A DNA stretch of 64,000 bases. Origin: Yuukianura sp. NJ FZ-2021. Lineage: Eukaryota. A program made the translations under genes and the position numbers. The notes below the pieces were generated by a model, which was given only the letters and a program-made list of their open reading frames with translations, had not been told where the DNA came from and made no database searches. Below, piece by piece: positions 52,418-64,000 of this stretch; position 1 is the first letter of the stretch, and each line of letters begins with the position of its first letter. The stretch spans positions 4,960,001 to 5,024,000 of the forward strand of contig CM102284.1 of assembly GCA_046563655.1 (NCBI GenBank). Reading direction: 5' to 3'.

Positions 52418-53100
52418 AAATTTTTAAACGTGGATTGATTTGCCAAACCTGAGGGTTATGTTTACACTTGCTAATTGTTTTAGATGCGGAGTGTTTTAAA
52501 GTTATTAATACAAAGTTCATAATTTGAAAAGCTGGACATTACAAATTACGAAAAACGAATTTCTAAGATTTCTGTTATTTGAACAGTATACAGGTCACGT
52601 TTAAAGACATGGCCCCGGAAGACATAATAATTGCGGTTCCATTTTCATGGAACCTTAAGTTGTAACAAATCCGAATTAAAAGTGTGAATTAACACTTGAA
52701 ATGAAAAAAAAACACTAAAGCAGATAGAAACAACATAATTTTCGTTAATTAAATTAATTATTTTCATTATAGCGTCTTTTCGATTTTTCAAATTCCTTGC
52801 AAGTGCCACCTCTTGCCTGAAATTAAAAAACTTCCGCTATTTTGGGGGCGGGGCACAATGTCAAAAAAAATTACATAAACAAAAACAAAACTGTAAAGAT
52901 CATATGGTTTGTGAAAGTTGCTTTTTAATTTGCGTTAATTTAATGGTTAATTTAAGCAAATTAAACGTTTTCTGAACTTGAAGTTTTAAGGGTGAGTTGA
53001 GTCCATTTGGAACCAGGCAAGCTAGTAGATTGAATCAGAGGTCAAAGTTCAAATTACCACAACTTGAACATCCAAGTTTGGATCTCCATATTGCTGTCGA

Positions 53101-55502
53101 ATGTCAATGAAAGTTGAAGAAATGGACGAATCAGGTGACGGTTCATCGTCACCCTCACCAACATTGTTCAATTCTCAGTTAGCTCCTTCTGGGTCAGGGT
53201 CAAATTCATCCACTGCATCAGCTTCAGCCTCTGCTTCTAGTCTCGACAAATTGAACCCGTTTAATGTGAAGAAATGCAGGTTTGTTTGTTCATTACAACA
53301 CTTTGTTCCATATTTTGTGATTGAAGTTACATTATTGATGGTTTTGTTAGACTAGATGAGGACATTATGCAACCAGGAACTTCGTCGTCGTCGTCAGCTC
53401 CCGTGGGAAACGATACTCACAGTTGGCAGGAGACTAAAGTCACGATAAAAGAACGAACAGCTTGTCTATTGAACTCTGAACGACTGAGCGACATAACTTT
53501 GTAAGCCAAAAGTTGTGAATGTGAACATCAGTATTAATTTATTGATATTTGGTGGTAATTGATAAACTTGGTTATGTCTTTTGTGATGTAGTTTTGTTGG
53601 CCAAAATGAGACGCCAGTATATGGACATAAAACCATTCTCTCCGCTGGGTAATTTGCAAATATGCGTCGAAGATGGTCAAATATGGATAACCTAAGCGTT
53701 TTTCTGCTTCACTTTAAAGGTCACCTTATTTCGAGAAATTATTCTATGGACCAATGGCATGTCTTGAACCCACCATAAAAATTCCAGACATTGAACCAGA
53801 CGTGTTTTTGGGATTTTTGAAGGTATGCGCTACATGTCATCTTTATTACTGATACTGACGCAGAAACAACAAAAATTGTTTGCGCCATTTCGTCAAAATG
53901 TGTCGGTGTCACTGTGTCGGTTGTTAATCTTTTTCCACAGTATCTTTATACGGATGATTTTGACAACACAATGGATGACGTCGAGACGATGCATCTTCTG
54001 CAACCTGCCAAAGTCTACTTGGTTCCTCACTTGGCTGAAAAATGTACAGAACTATTAATTGAACGAATTAGTCCGGAGAACGTGCTCGTGATTTACAATC
54101 GGGCTCTTTTGTTTGATGAACCAAGACTTGCCATTTTATGTCTCCGTTTCTTGGACAGGTAGATCGTGAATCAATAGTTCATGAGATCTGGAAAATTCTG
54201 GTATGCTTGTTTCTATTAACAGGCAAATCGACAAAGTGATTGCCACCGAGGGATTCCTGGAAATTGACCTTGAAACGTTGACAACCCTTCTGGAGCGTCA
54301 AAATCTTCGAGTGGATGAATGCATCCTGTTCCAGGCTGTTTTGAAGTACTAAATCCCCATAAACCATCAAATACTTGACCTTGCATGTAATTTTGGAGCG
54401 TTTTGTTTTAGATGGACCGAAGTTGAATGTACTCGTAAAGGAATTGAACCTACGCCGACGAATCGTCGACAAACGCTTGCCGACGCCCTGTACCTCATAA
54501 GATTTCCAACAATGACACAAGAGGAGTTCTGCATCGATGTCGTGCCCACTGGGATTCTGAAAGAATCCGAAGTGATTGGAATTTTTATGAACATGTGTAT
54601 TGGTGAAGACATGAAGTAATTTCGAAAAGAACATTGAATTTGATTTCAGCATCACGAATTTTAAACGAATCTGTTTTACATTTCAGAACTCATCGTCCTG
54701 AAACACCTTTCAGTACTGAGAAACGAATTTTCAAAGCCAAGTTGCACTATCTCAACCGATTTTCAGATGTGCTTAGCAAAGTCATCAGCATGAACATTTC
54801 CCAGCTACAGCCATTTCCATCTTGTTCCAATCCGCATTGCGATTTGATTTACTCATCGAAATTGAAGTAAGCTACCCATTTACTATAATTTAGAACTTTG
54901 AGTGTTAAAGCTGATGGACCCAATCTCTTAGATTCCAAACAGATCAGCGAATATTTCTGCACGGACTTGGTGTTTACGGAATCGCAAGTCCAATTCCAAA
55001 CACAAAGTTTACAGCCAACATTTCCGTTTGTAAAGGCTCGACCACTCTGAGCGCAAAAACGTCAGCCAATGGGAACAGTCGAAGTTATGACTTCAGGATG
55101 CCATTCCAAGTCATGTTTGACAAACCGATTGAAGTCAATGCTCATGAAGAGTATCAGTTGACAGCTATCCTCAAGGTAAGCCCAAACCTATCTAAATGAA
55201 TCGCGTATTTTCTAATTTTGAACATGAAATTTTAAAACGTTTTCACATTTTAGATTGTTCGGGAATCCGTTTCTCAGAGCGTCGGAGGACATTTCGGAAC
55301 TGGATTTTATTCTGGTTCATCTAATGGCTACGGAGCTACAATCAGCGTAGATTCGTACTACGGAAGTAAAGGAAAATCACAGTTTAGGACAATTTGCGAG
55401 GACGGAGCCGTTGTCAACATGACATTTCTCACTCCAATCACATTCCATGCTTCCGATACGTTCTCTCTTGGCCAAATTCCACAAATCATTTTCAGTGTCT
55501 AA
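53101..55502 (+). CDS. BTB/POZ-BACK-PHR protein (BTBD1/2/3/6 family)
   Basis: WQETKVTIKER..LLNSERLSDITF, HKTILSAGSPYFEKLFYG, IPDIEPDVF, LYLIRFPTMT, PHR F.TDQRIFLHGLGVYG and terminal GQIPQIIF. Confidence 0.92.
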
Positions 55503-57280
55503 GACTTCTATGATTAGTTCCGTGAGTGGATTTTACTATTACAACTTTTGAGGGATTCACGATTGCTTTTATACACATGTGTAGGTGAAGATGTCAGGTT
55601 TTGTCCAAGGCCAAACTTAAAATTTATTACGCAAGTTCAATTTAAAGTGATCTTGAAATGTACCCGCACAAGATCCGCCATGACTTAAAGTACCTTACTG
55701 TTTCTGTCACCTTGACTGTCAGCTAATTTAAACTACCCACATGTTGTGGCTAGTTTTTTAGTTAATCATTTTGATTAACTTGGTTTCTCCAAATCGCATT
55801 TACTTCATAAACACTTTTAATCGTTTTCTTTAACTCTTATGCTTAAGGTATCTGATGATGATTGTTATTCTTTCCAGGTTGGTGCTAACTCAACTTCATC
55901 AACAATCATTTCAATAGCAAGACAGGATCTGTTCAAAAGATGCTTTTTTGATGACCCTGATTGTAGTGGATTGTTTGATTAAAAGAAACAATTGGATCCG
56001 GTTCTTCTGTAAAAAGTTTTATTGGGAGCTTACTACGCATTTGATTCAACAATTTGCAAGTTTTTGACGTTTGCAAGTTCATTGTCCATTTTGAATTTTA
56101 AATCACATTCACAATGTTTTATGAGTGTTTTTTTCTGTGTTTAGGTGTTTCGTGCTTCAAGTTTTGCGAACATGGTCTAGAAAATTCTGATAAAAAGATT
56201 GCAATTTGCAAATTGTTAGTTAAAAGATTCTGAATTTTAATTCCATTTTCCAAGGAAGGAACAGGAGGAAAATTCAGGAACTTCAAGTTTCGTAGATTAA
56301 AATTCATGTTAAAGATTTTAACGGTGACATTAACCCCGTATTAAAGGTGCTTTTAAGTGAAAGGCTTGCCAAAAAAAAACTTGTGCAAATTATAAATTAT
56401 TAGCATGCGAGTAAAAAAAAAGTGGTTTTTGATTCCAAAATTTTGAAGAATTGAACTTTTTGAAACGTGAGAAAAAATTTAGCAACGTAACAATAATATT
56501 TATTCATTCGCAAATTTATATTTTGGTTGAAAGTATATACGCTCTAAGATGTTAAGAACTTGTGGTAAGCTGAACTAATTAACTCAAGTACAATTAACTT
56601 AGAATAGAAAGTAATTAACTAAATTTCAGCAATTTATTTAATATATTATTTATTATATTAATTTTGTACATTTATCAATTACAGATTTCCATATTTGCAA
56701 ACTTTCAGCTCGAAAACTCAGCGTCCAGCTCATCAACTTTTAAGCCATTTTTTCAACACCTTTCCAAAACCTGGATTTAATACTTATAAAGGTAATGTTT
56801 CTTTGGTTTTTTTGTTAATTAGTAATGCTGATTTTAATTAATTCGAGTCCTGGGAAGAAAATCTAACGACAATTTCCGAAATTTTACATTGGCAATGTCA
56901 CTTTTACACTTTCTTCCAGAAAAATAGACTCGTTTTTCACTTTTTCTTAAGAATTGTTTCCTTTTTTGTAAAATTCAATTGAAGAAAAATGAATCACAGG
57001 TTACTAAATTTTCCTTGTTCTTTTTTTATGGTAGTTTCATGCAAAAGTCTGAAAGTGACATTAACTATTATACGAGATTCGGAAAAACGAGGGTGAGCGG
57101 TTGAGTGAGTAGAAGAAGGTCAAAGTTCAGTCTAATATTCGTCAGTTCAATTTGGATTAAACGTTATGTTGTTCTGGAAAAGTCAGATTTTTGGGCCATC
57201 TTACTAAATTACTCACCGGTAACCCTCGTCTGGTCACTTTTTGACTGTGACCTTTTGGTCACTCACTGGGAAATGTCTTT

Positions 57281-57610
57281 TTAGTTCGTTTCACGTATAC
57301 TATTTGTTCCATGATTGTGACGATGCTTATTGGTAATTGTAGATCGAGTCAAAAGTTGGTCTCTACAGACTCCGTCCCAGCCCATTCGTTTGCCTTCTGG
57401 ACACTGAATGTCTGGAACATTGTTGATGTAGTACTTGGCCCTTCGGTTACTGCGTACTTTGGAAGCATCTGGAAAACCGAAATTGTCTTTTAGACGTGGA
57501 CGGCCAGTACATTGATCAGCGTCTAGTGAAAGGACTATGATTGTGATGAGGAGAAAGTACGAGATCCATCGGAGCCAGTAGCAATCACTTCCTCGCATTA
57601 GCAACAGCAT
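57281..57610 (-). CDS. Small secreted precursor with secapin-like single-disulfide motif
   Basis: Acceptor cttacag just before ATG; hydrophobic signal; basic site RR-AK; YYINNVPDIQCPEGKRMGWDGVCR. Confidence 0.7.
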   Translation of the reverse strand: MLLLMRGSDCYWLRWISYFLLITIIVLSLDADQCTGRPRLKDNFGFPDASKVRSNRRAKYYINNVPDIQCPEGKRMGWDGVCRDQLLTRSTITNKHRHNHGTNSIRETN

Positions 57611-60235
57611 CTTCTGTAAGCACAAAAAAAGTGATTTTTTGAAATTTGAATTCAAGTTTTTTTCAATTTGAAAATATTTTAGGACTGTTATACTTAATTC
57701 CTTAACCTTTGACCTAACACCTTATTTCAGATTTTCCAAACTAACAGAATTTTAAAGTTTTCGAAAATTTCGAAACTAGGCTACCTATTTTTGAATTGTG
57801 CGTTTGAAACAGGTCAATTTAAAACATTTTTTTGTTTACATTTGTACTGTCGGGACGGCATACGTCAAAGAAATTTAGGTCAGTTCCGGATGATAGTAAA
57901 CTTGGACTACAAATTTTCCTTGTAAGCGTTTTCCGCAGCGGCAGCCCTATTTAGGCGCTAAAACGCTTAAGACGCTTTTGGCGTCCTCAGAGAAAGTCAT
58001 TTTTATTGCAGTAAATAGGAAGTGTAAAAAATTCAATAGAAAGGTGTGAAGTCTTTAAATTTCAATTTGTTTACACAAAATCTCATTGTAATTGGGCAAT
58101 TACAAGATTTCTAAAGAACTTAAACGGAATGGGCTACAGAGCTATTGTTCTTGGAATAATTACTGATTCTAATTAGTAATTCCTAATTACCACTGGATAA
58201 GCCTTGACCTGCCTCTAAATTCCGGAATTTACACTTACCACTTAATGTGTCAACTAATTTATATGTGGATTGTTATTTTTTCAGGAAATTTGAAGAGATG
58301 AACTTTTGTCTGATTTGGTTCAGATTCAAGATCCAGTTGTCAATTGAAAAGAAATTGAAGCTATTCACTTGGTTTTGAAGAAGGAAAGTAATTGTGCAGA
58401 GGGAAAAGATGATTATGCTGCTGAACCGGTTAGCAACACACAACAATTACAATGCTCTTACAATGTTAACTTCTTAACTTGTTGCCTTATTTCGAAAAAC
58501 TGATTTTTTTTTCAATTTTCTAACTTTCAGAATCTAATCTGACACCTCTTATGCTGCTAACTTGCTGCTGAACAACTGAATAACTGAATTGGTCTACTCA
58601 ATATTTATATAGTGACTGACAATTGAATGAAAGGGGACACAACAGACGTATACACTAACCGTAAAATTACTCAAAGTTAAGTAATGCAAGTGTGTGATGA
58701 TAAAAGTAGTAACTAGTAATCATATCCTCCGAGAACAACTCACAAAAATGTAAGTACTACCCAGGTTTTCAGTCTTACTTGGAATTATTAGAAATTAACC
58801 CCTGGAAAAAAGTGCTATTGTTATTTGTGTATCCCTCTACCTTAAATTTCAGACACATCTTACTACGTAAAGAGGTAGACGAAGACGCGTGTGTAATACT
58901 TAAGCCCTTACGTCAGCCAGTTTCTGGAAATGCTACACATTCCCATCTAAACTACAACAAAAAGTAAAGTGTCATTCATATAATCCTGGCTTGGTACTTG
59001 GCCAAGGTCAAGGGTATACCGGCCCACGGTGTCACGTTGGACTCTGTCTCATTCCCGCCTGGGTTACGTTGAAAAAGTAAGTTTTTGGAGATGTAAGTGG
59101 CCCTAAAAACAAGTTTCTACTTTGTCTATTGTTGTGATGGAAAAGTGCTAATGTGAACTAGTTTTCTTTTGACTTTAGGCTAAAAGCCGCCGCCAGGATT
59201 GCAAAAAATTGGAGGCGGGATGACTCTGCGTTGGTACCTGGCTGTCTGGCGAGATCAAATTTGCATCATCAACTCATTTCAGTTGTTGCGAATTGCCAAT
59301 TTGAGAATTCAGAGACCATGCTAAAACAAGCTCTCAAATGTGCAGCTTATGACCATCCATGGCTTGCCGAAAGTCTAGTCTCAAATTCAGACTTTCAATC
59401 TCGGCGTTACTTACATGTAAGAAATCATAAAAAAAAATCGAGCACAACTTAACGCGTTTTAATAAGGTTATGCTTAAGTGTAAATCTGCCATGAAAGTGC
59501 GTCACTTCTTTGCTCACAATGCAATTTATAATTACGTGCAACTTAATTATTGTTTTAGGCTCATGTTTTGACGACACAAAACTCACAACGTTTTGATTTA
59601 CCAAATGAATTGAGATTGGAGGGTGACAGAAACAACGCAAAAAAAATTGGCGAAAAAATTGCAGTTAATTTTGCACATTTTTTGCGTTGGTTTGGCGTGG
59701 GGTGCTTCGGTGGGTGTCAAATGCTATCATGTATTGGTCTCTTCCTTGTGAATGTACTAAAACGTAATGCGCATACCTGATGCTGACGATGATGCACTGC
59801 AATTTAATTGTGTTATGGTGATTATGATAAATTTGATAGTAAAAAGAAACGACGCAAGCGTTCCAGGAAAATAAATAAACAAATTGTCAAAACCACACGG
59901 ATTTTCCATAGGTGTGAGCAAGATCCTGATTTAGATATTTGACGTAATTATCAGTCGTAAAATCGTCACCTGATCTTTCGACCTTGCGATTGATTTATGA
60001 TCAAACTCAATAAAAAAAAATTGTCAAATTCCCCACAAAAATTTTTTGGTTCTAGAAAGTAACAGCACCAGAAAAAAAAATTCTCGCTTTCTCCACTAAA
60101 AAGCTGACAGTTTCACTAAAAGGCAAAAAAGTGACAAGAAAATGACAAATTGACTAAAAATAAAATTGACAAAAAATTGATTAAGGAGAGAACCAAGCTG
60201 GATAAACTTTAGACCTTTCGATGATTCGAAAATGA

Positions 60236-60328
60236 AAAATTTTCAATTTTCTTTTTTCAAAAAAATTTTCAATTTTTTTTTCAAAAAAATTTAAAATTTT
60301 TTTTTCAAAAAAATTTTCAATTTTTTTC
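60236..60328. repeat. Short tandem repeat, ~22-24-bp unit (ttttttcaaaaaaattttcaat)
   Basis: About four adjacent copies read directly. Confidence 0.7.
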
Positions 60329-63300
60329 TAGGTATGTTTATGTTTTTAGTGCCTTCATAATTCATATTTCCGAAAATACGAATAAACACGGAATGAATGA
60401 CCTACTGACTTTTCCATTCATTTCGTAATTGGCAAGTGCTAAAATTTTTAAAAACTTCGTAGATTTTGGGTAGTGATGAGCATCTTCCCATTGTTTCCCA
60501 CCATCATCATCTTCTCCATTCAAGTGTTGGTTGGTGGGATTCACGCGAATATTTTAACAAAGAATTTTAAGTCTCAAGTGCTTTTTGGTAAATATTTGTG
60601 CAGAGTACTTTTTAGTAAGGAGAGAGATGCTCACATCCGCCTGGGTTGCATCGCATGCACTTGAAAGCTATTAAACTACAATGCCCATTTCCCCTCTATG
60701 ACTCATCCACTCGCCGACTTCAAAATTCGAAGAAGGCCTTAAAATCTAGTTTCTGGCAGGAAAATAGGCTTTAAAAGTTGTGTTAAATTTTTTGGGGTAC
60801 TTTAGTATTGGACAGCATCACCAGGTAAATAGTTCTTGGAATCCTGGAAGTGGAACTAACATGACCTTACTCAATACAATCCACACCTCTCATCTCTCGT
60901 AAAAAGTTAGACTTAAATGCAGTGATGACGACGATGAGATCAGTAAGACAATTAAAAACAAGTTTTGGTTTTAAAAGTTACGTTAACTAAGGTTAGTTTA
61001 GACTTGCAAAAAATTTAAGGAAAAGTTTTGTTACAACTTACAAATTGTTTTGTTGTTTTCAGAATGCTAGTGGTGAGGAAGATATGTAGAACGAGATGAC
61101 CTTGACCTAATTCCAGAAGAAAGTTTGTCACCTCCTCACATGTCAAATGTCAACCGGCGAGTGTAGATGAAAGTTAAAGCGTTAAGGTCATTTGTCAGTC
61201 GTCACCAAGCGAAGGATGTGACAAGGTCTTTAGATTCTCCTTGCGGCGTGACAGTTTCATTTTCAAACATACTTTTCCAAGAAATCTTGTATTGTCTGAG
61301 GATGATGATTATAAATTGGAACTGTTAGTTTAGCTTAGCACAATTAAACTTCGGAACAAGATCTTACTTTTGTACACTTTGTTTAGGTTATGCCTGAGAC
61401 AGAAGATGACCTGACCTCTACATTGAAACACTACCTGGCTCAAGTGACACGACCAAACTAGTGACACTGTCTGAACGCAATCAATGAAAACCCACGTCTT
61501 GTTTGGACTAATTTTGTAACGAGGAGTTACATTAACTTTAATCTGTTTAATAGTGTTAAAGGACTTGATAAGGAAGTGCAAAGTTAGAAATGCTGTGGGA
61601 ACTTGGCCAACTTTGACTTTTTTCAATTCATTTTAACTACCCCCAGACGCATTTATTGTGCAAGTCTCAATGATTCGGACTGTTTAATTGCCTCCTTAAA
61701 TTCACTTAACAATCACAATTGAAAAATGCATCTTTCTTTAACGGTTGTATTCCAAAGCACTTAAAATTAGGTGCAGTAAACAGCAAAACATTAGGTCATA
61801 ATTTCTTTACTTTTTTTCTCTTTAGGCTGCGAAAGCGTCTAAAGAGAACCAAAGCTAAAGGTCTAAAAACAAACAAGCGTTCACATAGGTATTACCTCGC
61901 CTAACTTTCATGCAACCGGAAATGCAATCACGGAAAAGTCGCAAAACTTTTTAACTCACCCGCCTGAGAGTATTTGGGATTACGTAAATTGTGCATGGAA
62001 CTCCTCTAGTTCTAAGAATTAACTTAAAAAGTTGATTTTTAACAAAAATTTTGCTGACAAAGGTTGCTGCTCATCACTAATTTTATTCCTGTGCAAATCT
62101 GCATCTTGATTTATGTTTGATCTGGGCATGTCATTTTCAATGTCACTCAAAACTGCAAGTGAAAAGTGCAACTTAGAATTTTAGAAGTGAAAATAGATCA
62201 TAGCGTCAGCACGAGCGATTCCTCTTCTCAATTCAAAAAATTCAAAACAAGGTCAAGTCAGAAACACTAAAAAGCTTAGCTCAAATAAATTGCAAAAATT
62301 GCTAAAGAAGGAAGTTTGCATTAGGCTTACTAGTAGATTTGTTGAATCGAATTAGTCACGTCCAAACAGAAAAAGAATTTGCAGATTCTATCAAATTAAG
62401 GTGAGTTCTAACTGTATAAAAATTGACTGTTGTGTCATAGGATGCCACTTGACATTGACACTTCAAAGGTGTAGGTCATGAGAAATCATACGCAGATAAA
62501 CACAGGCATTAGCATGTGGGAAACTGAATTTTTTTTAATCAGGTCACCTTTCTCTCTGCCTGTGATGACACATAAGTACTGAAAATGAGCAGCACAGAGT
62601 GATATTGATATTATGTTTGGACTTTCGACTTGACTTTTACTTAAGGTTGTAAACTTTTAGGACAATTAATCAGTGATAGCTTGATTAGTTTAAGTTTAAG
62701 TAGAACCTAATCATTCTTCTAGTCGACATAAGTGGGTAACCTTCAAACTAGTTCCTAAAAAAACTAAAACTAAAAAAGAACTTAATCTTTCCCCCTTTGA
62801 CATCACAGATTTTACTCTTGGAAACTCTGACATTGACAGATGCTAGTTCTGGATGACACACTAAGCATATCCGTGTCTTGACACTTTCTGGAAGATCCAA
62901 CCAACTTCGATTCGATTTATGACTTGACTAGTAATTGCTCGTGTTCAGGGCTAGGTTTAACATTAGGCTCAAACCACTTAAATTTAGGCTAGGTTAGGGC
63001 ATTGCAGCTTCGTTTTCATTTCCAGACATCCAGTTTCACCTGAATTTTGATTTGATTTTGACAAATTTTGATCAAAACGAAACTGACTCAAATTCATTCA
63101 GAATTCAACATTTTACTGTAAAAGTTAAACAGCGGACCGGACTGAGGAAAGTGTAAGTAAAAGCAAAAGCAAAGGTGAAAGTAGGAAAAATTCAAAAGTT
63201 TAGTTAAAAATTGTTCATTCCAACAAATTCGCAGCATGATTCTATGTGTTTTGGTCCATAAGTCTAGTTTGATCCATGTATTTTTTGAAGTTGATCTGAA

Positions 63301-64000
63301 GACACGGTGTCCATGAAGCTGTTTTTCAGAACTCCTAGGTGGAACATCACCTGAAGAATAATTAATTGAAAGTTAAGTCTTGGTATTAAATTACATAACT
63401 TCCCTCGAGGGGACAGACATCAAGAGAAGCTCCAGCATGAAGATCAAGTTTTAATTCTTATAAGAGAACAACCCACTTCTGGATAAATTGAATCTTCCAA
63501 CATAAGCAAAAGGGAATTTTTGTTTTCTATTATTCTGATTCGTCTGTTGTCTGTCTTTTAGTACAAGGTTTTCCATTTCTCCTTGTGCAAACTGCGAACC
63601 ATCAACTGCAACAACAGAATTTCCAGCAATTATTTAAATAATACGTTCCAGTTCTCCTGTTTCCAAGAATTATTTATTAAGTTGATCTGGGTGCTATGCA
63701 TTGAGCTGCAAAGTGGCAGCCATGTTCGTTTTTCAGGGGGACGACTGCTAGGTAGTCGATAAACCAAAAAGCTTCAAGGGATTTGTGTGTCTGACAGAGA
63801 TTGGCCAAGGGGTGGTTACCGTACAGGCCCAGTATGACCAAAAAGGGACGGTCTTTGGGGGGTCACTTTTGCCAATTTCGCTAAATTTGAAATTTGCAAA
63901 TAAGCGCCAACTTAACACTTTTTGCAATTTTACCGTCACCCGTCCACAAGTGACGCTCATGGCATACCTCCTCAACCAACTTTTTAGTAGATTTATAAGA

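Noticed and set aside
62945..63002. TTAGG-like telomeric motifs (also ~11715-11860)
   Set aside because: Too few and too degenerate for an interstitial telomere array.
58700..64000. Short ORFs in the distal region
   Set aside because: No recognisable domains, codon pattern or linked exon chain; treated as non-coding.

Overview
Gene-dense, AT-rich eukaryotic (animal) genomic DNA with many short (~60-90 nt) GT-AG introns. The gene families and style suggest an arthropod, possibly a springtail (inference only). Recognisable genes: two paralogous F-box/LRR genes, a degenerate bZIP-like gene, a carbohydrate sulfotransferase, a Gly/Pro-rich secreted peptide, FBXO42, a CENP-C-like cupin protein, DDX1, a divergent SNF5/SMARCB1, PI4KA, a single-C2H2 gene, AAR2, a Cys-rich secreted protein, a GFRP-like protein, a BTB-BACK-PHR protein and a secapin-like peptide precursor. 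Non-autonomous DNA transposons: two MITEs, a hAT-type element with a perfect 8-bp TSD and internal minisatellites, and two copies of a ~2-kb long-inverted-repeat family. Most notable: a ~170-nt rod-like hairpin with C/D-box motifs between SNF5 and DDX1, an operon-like AAR2 to zinc-finger junction, and two candidate bioactive peptide precursors. Exon boundaries were read by eye and are approximate. No coding feature could be supported in 58-64 kb.
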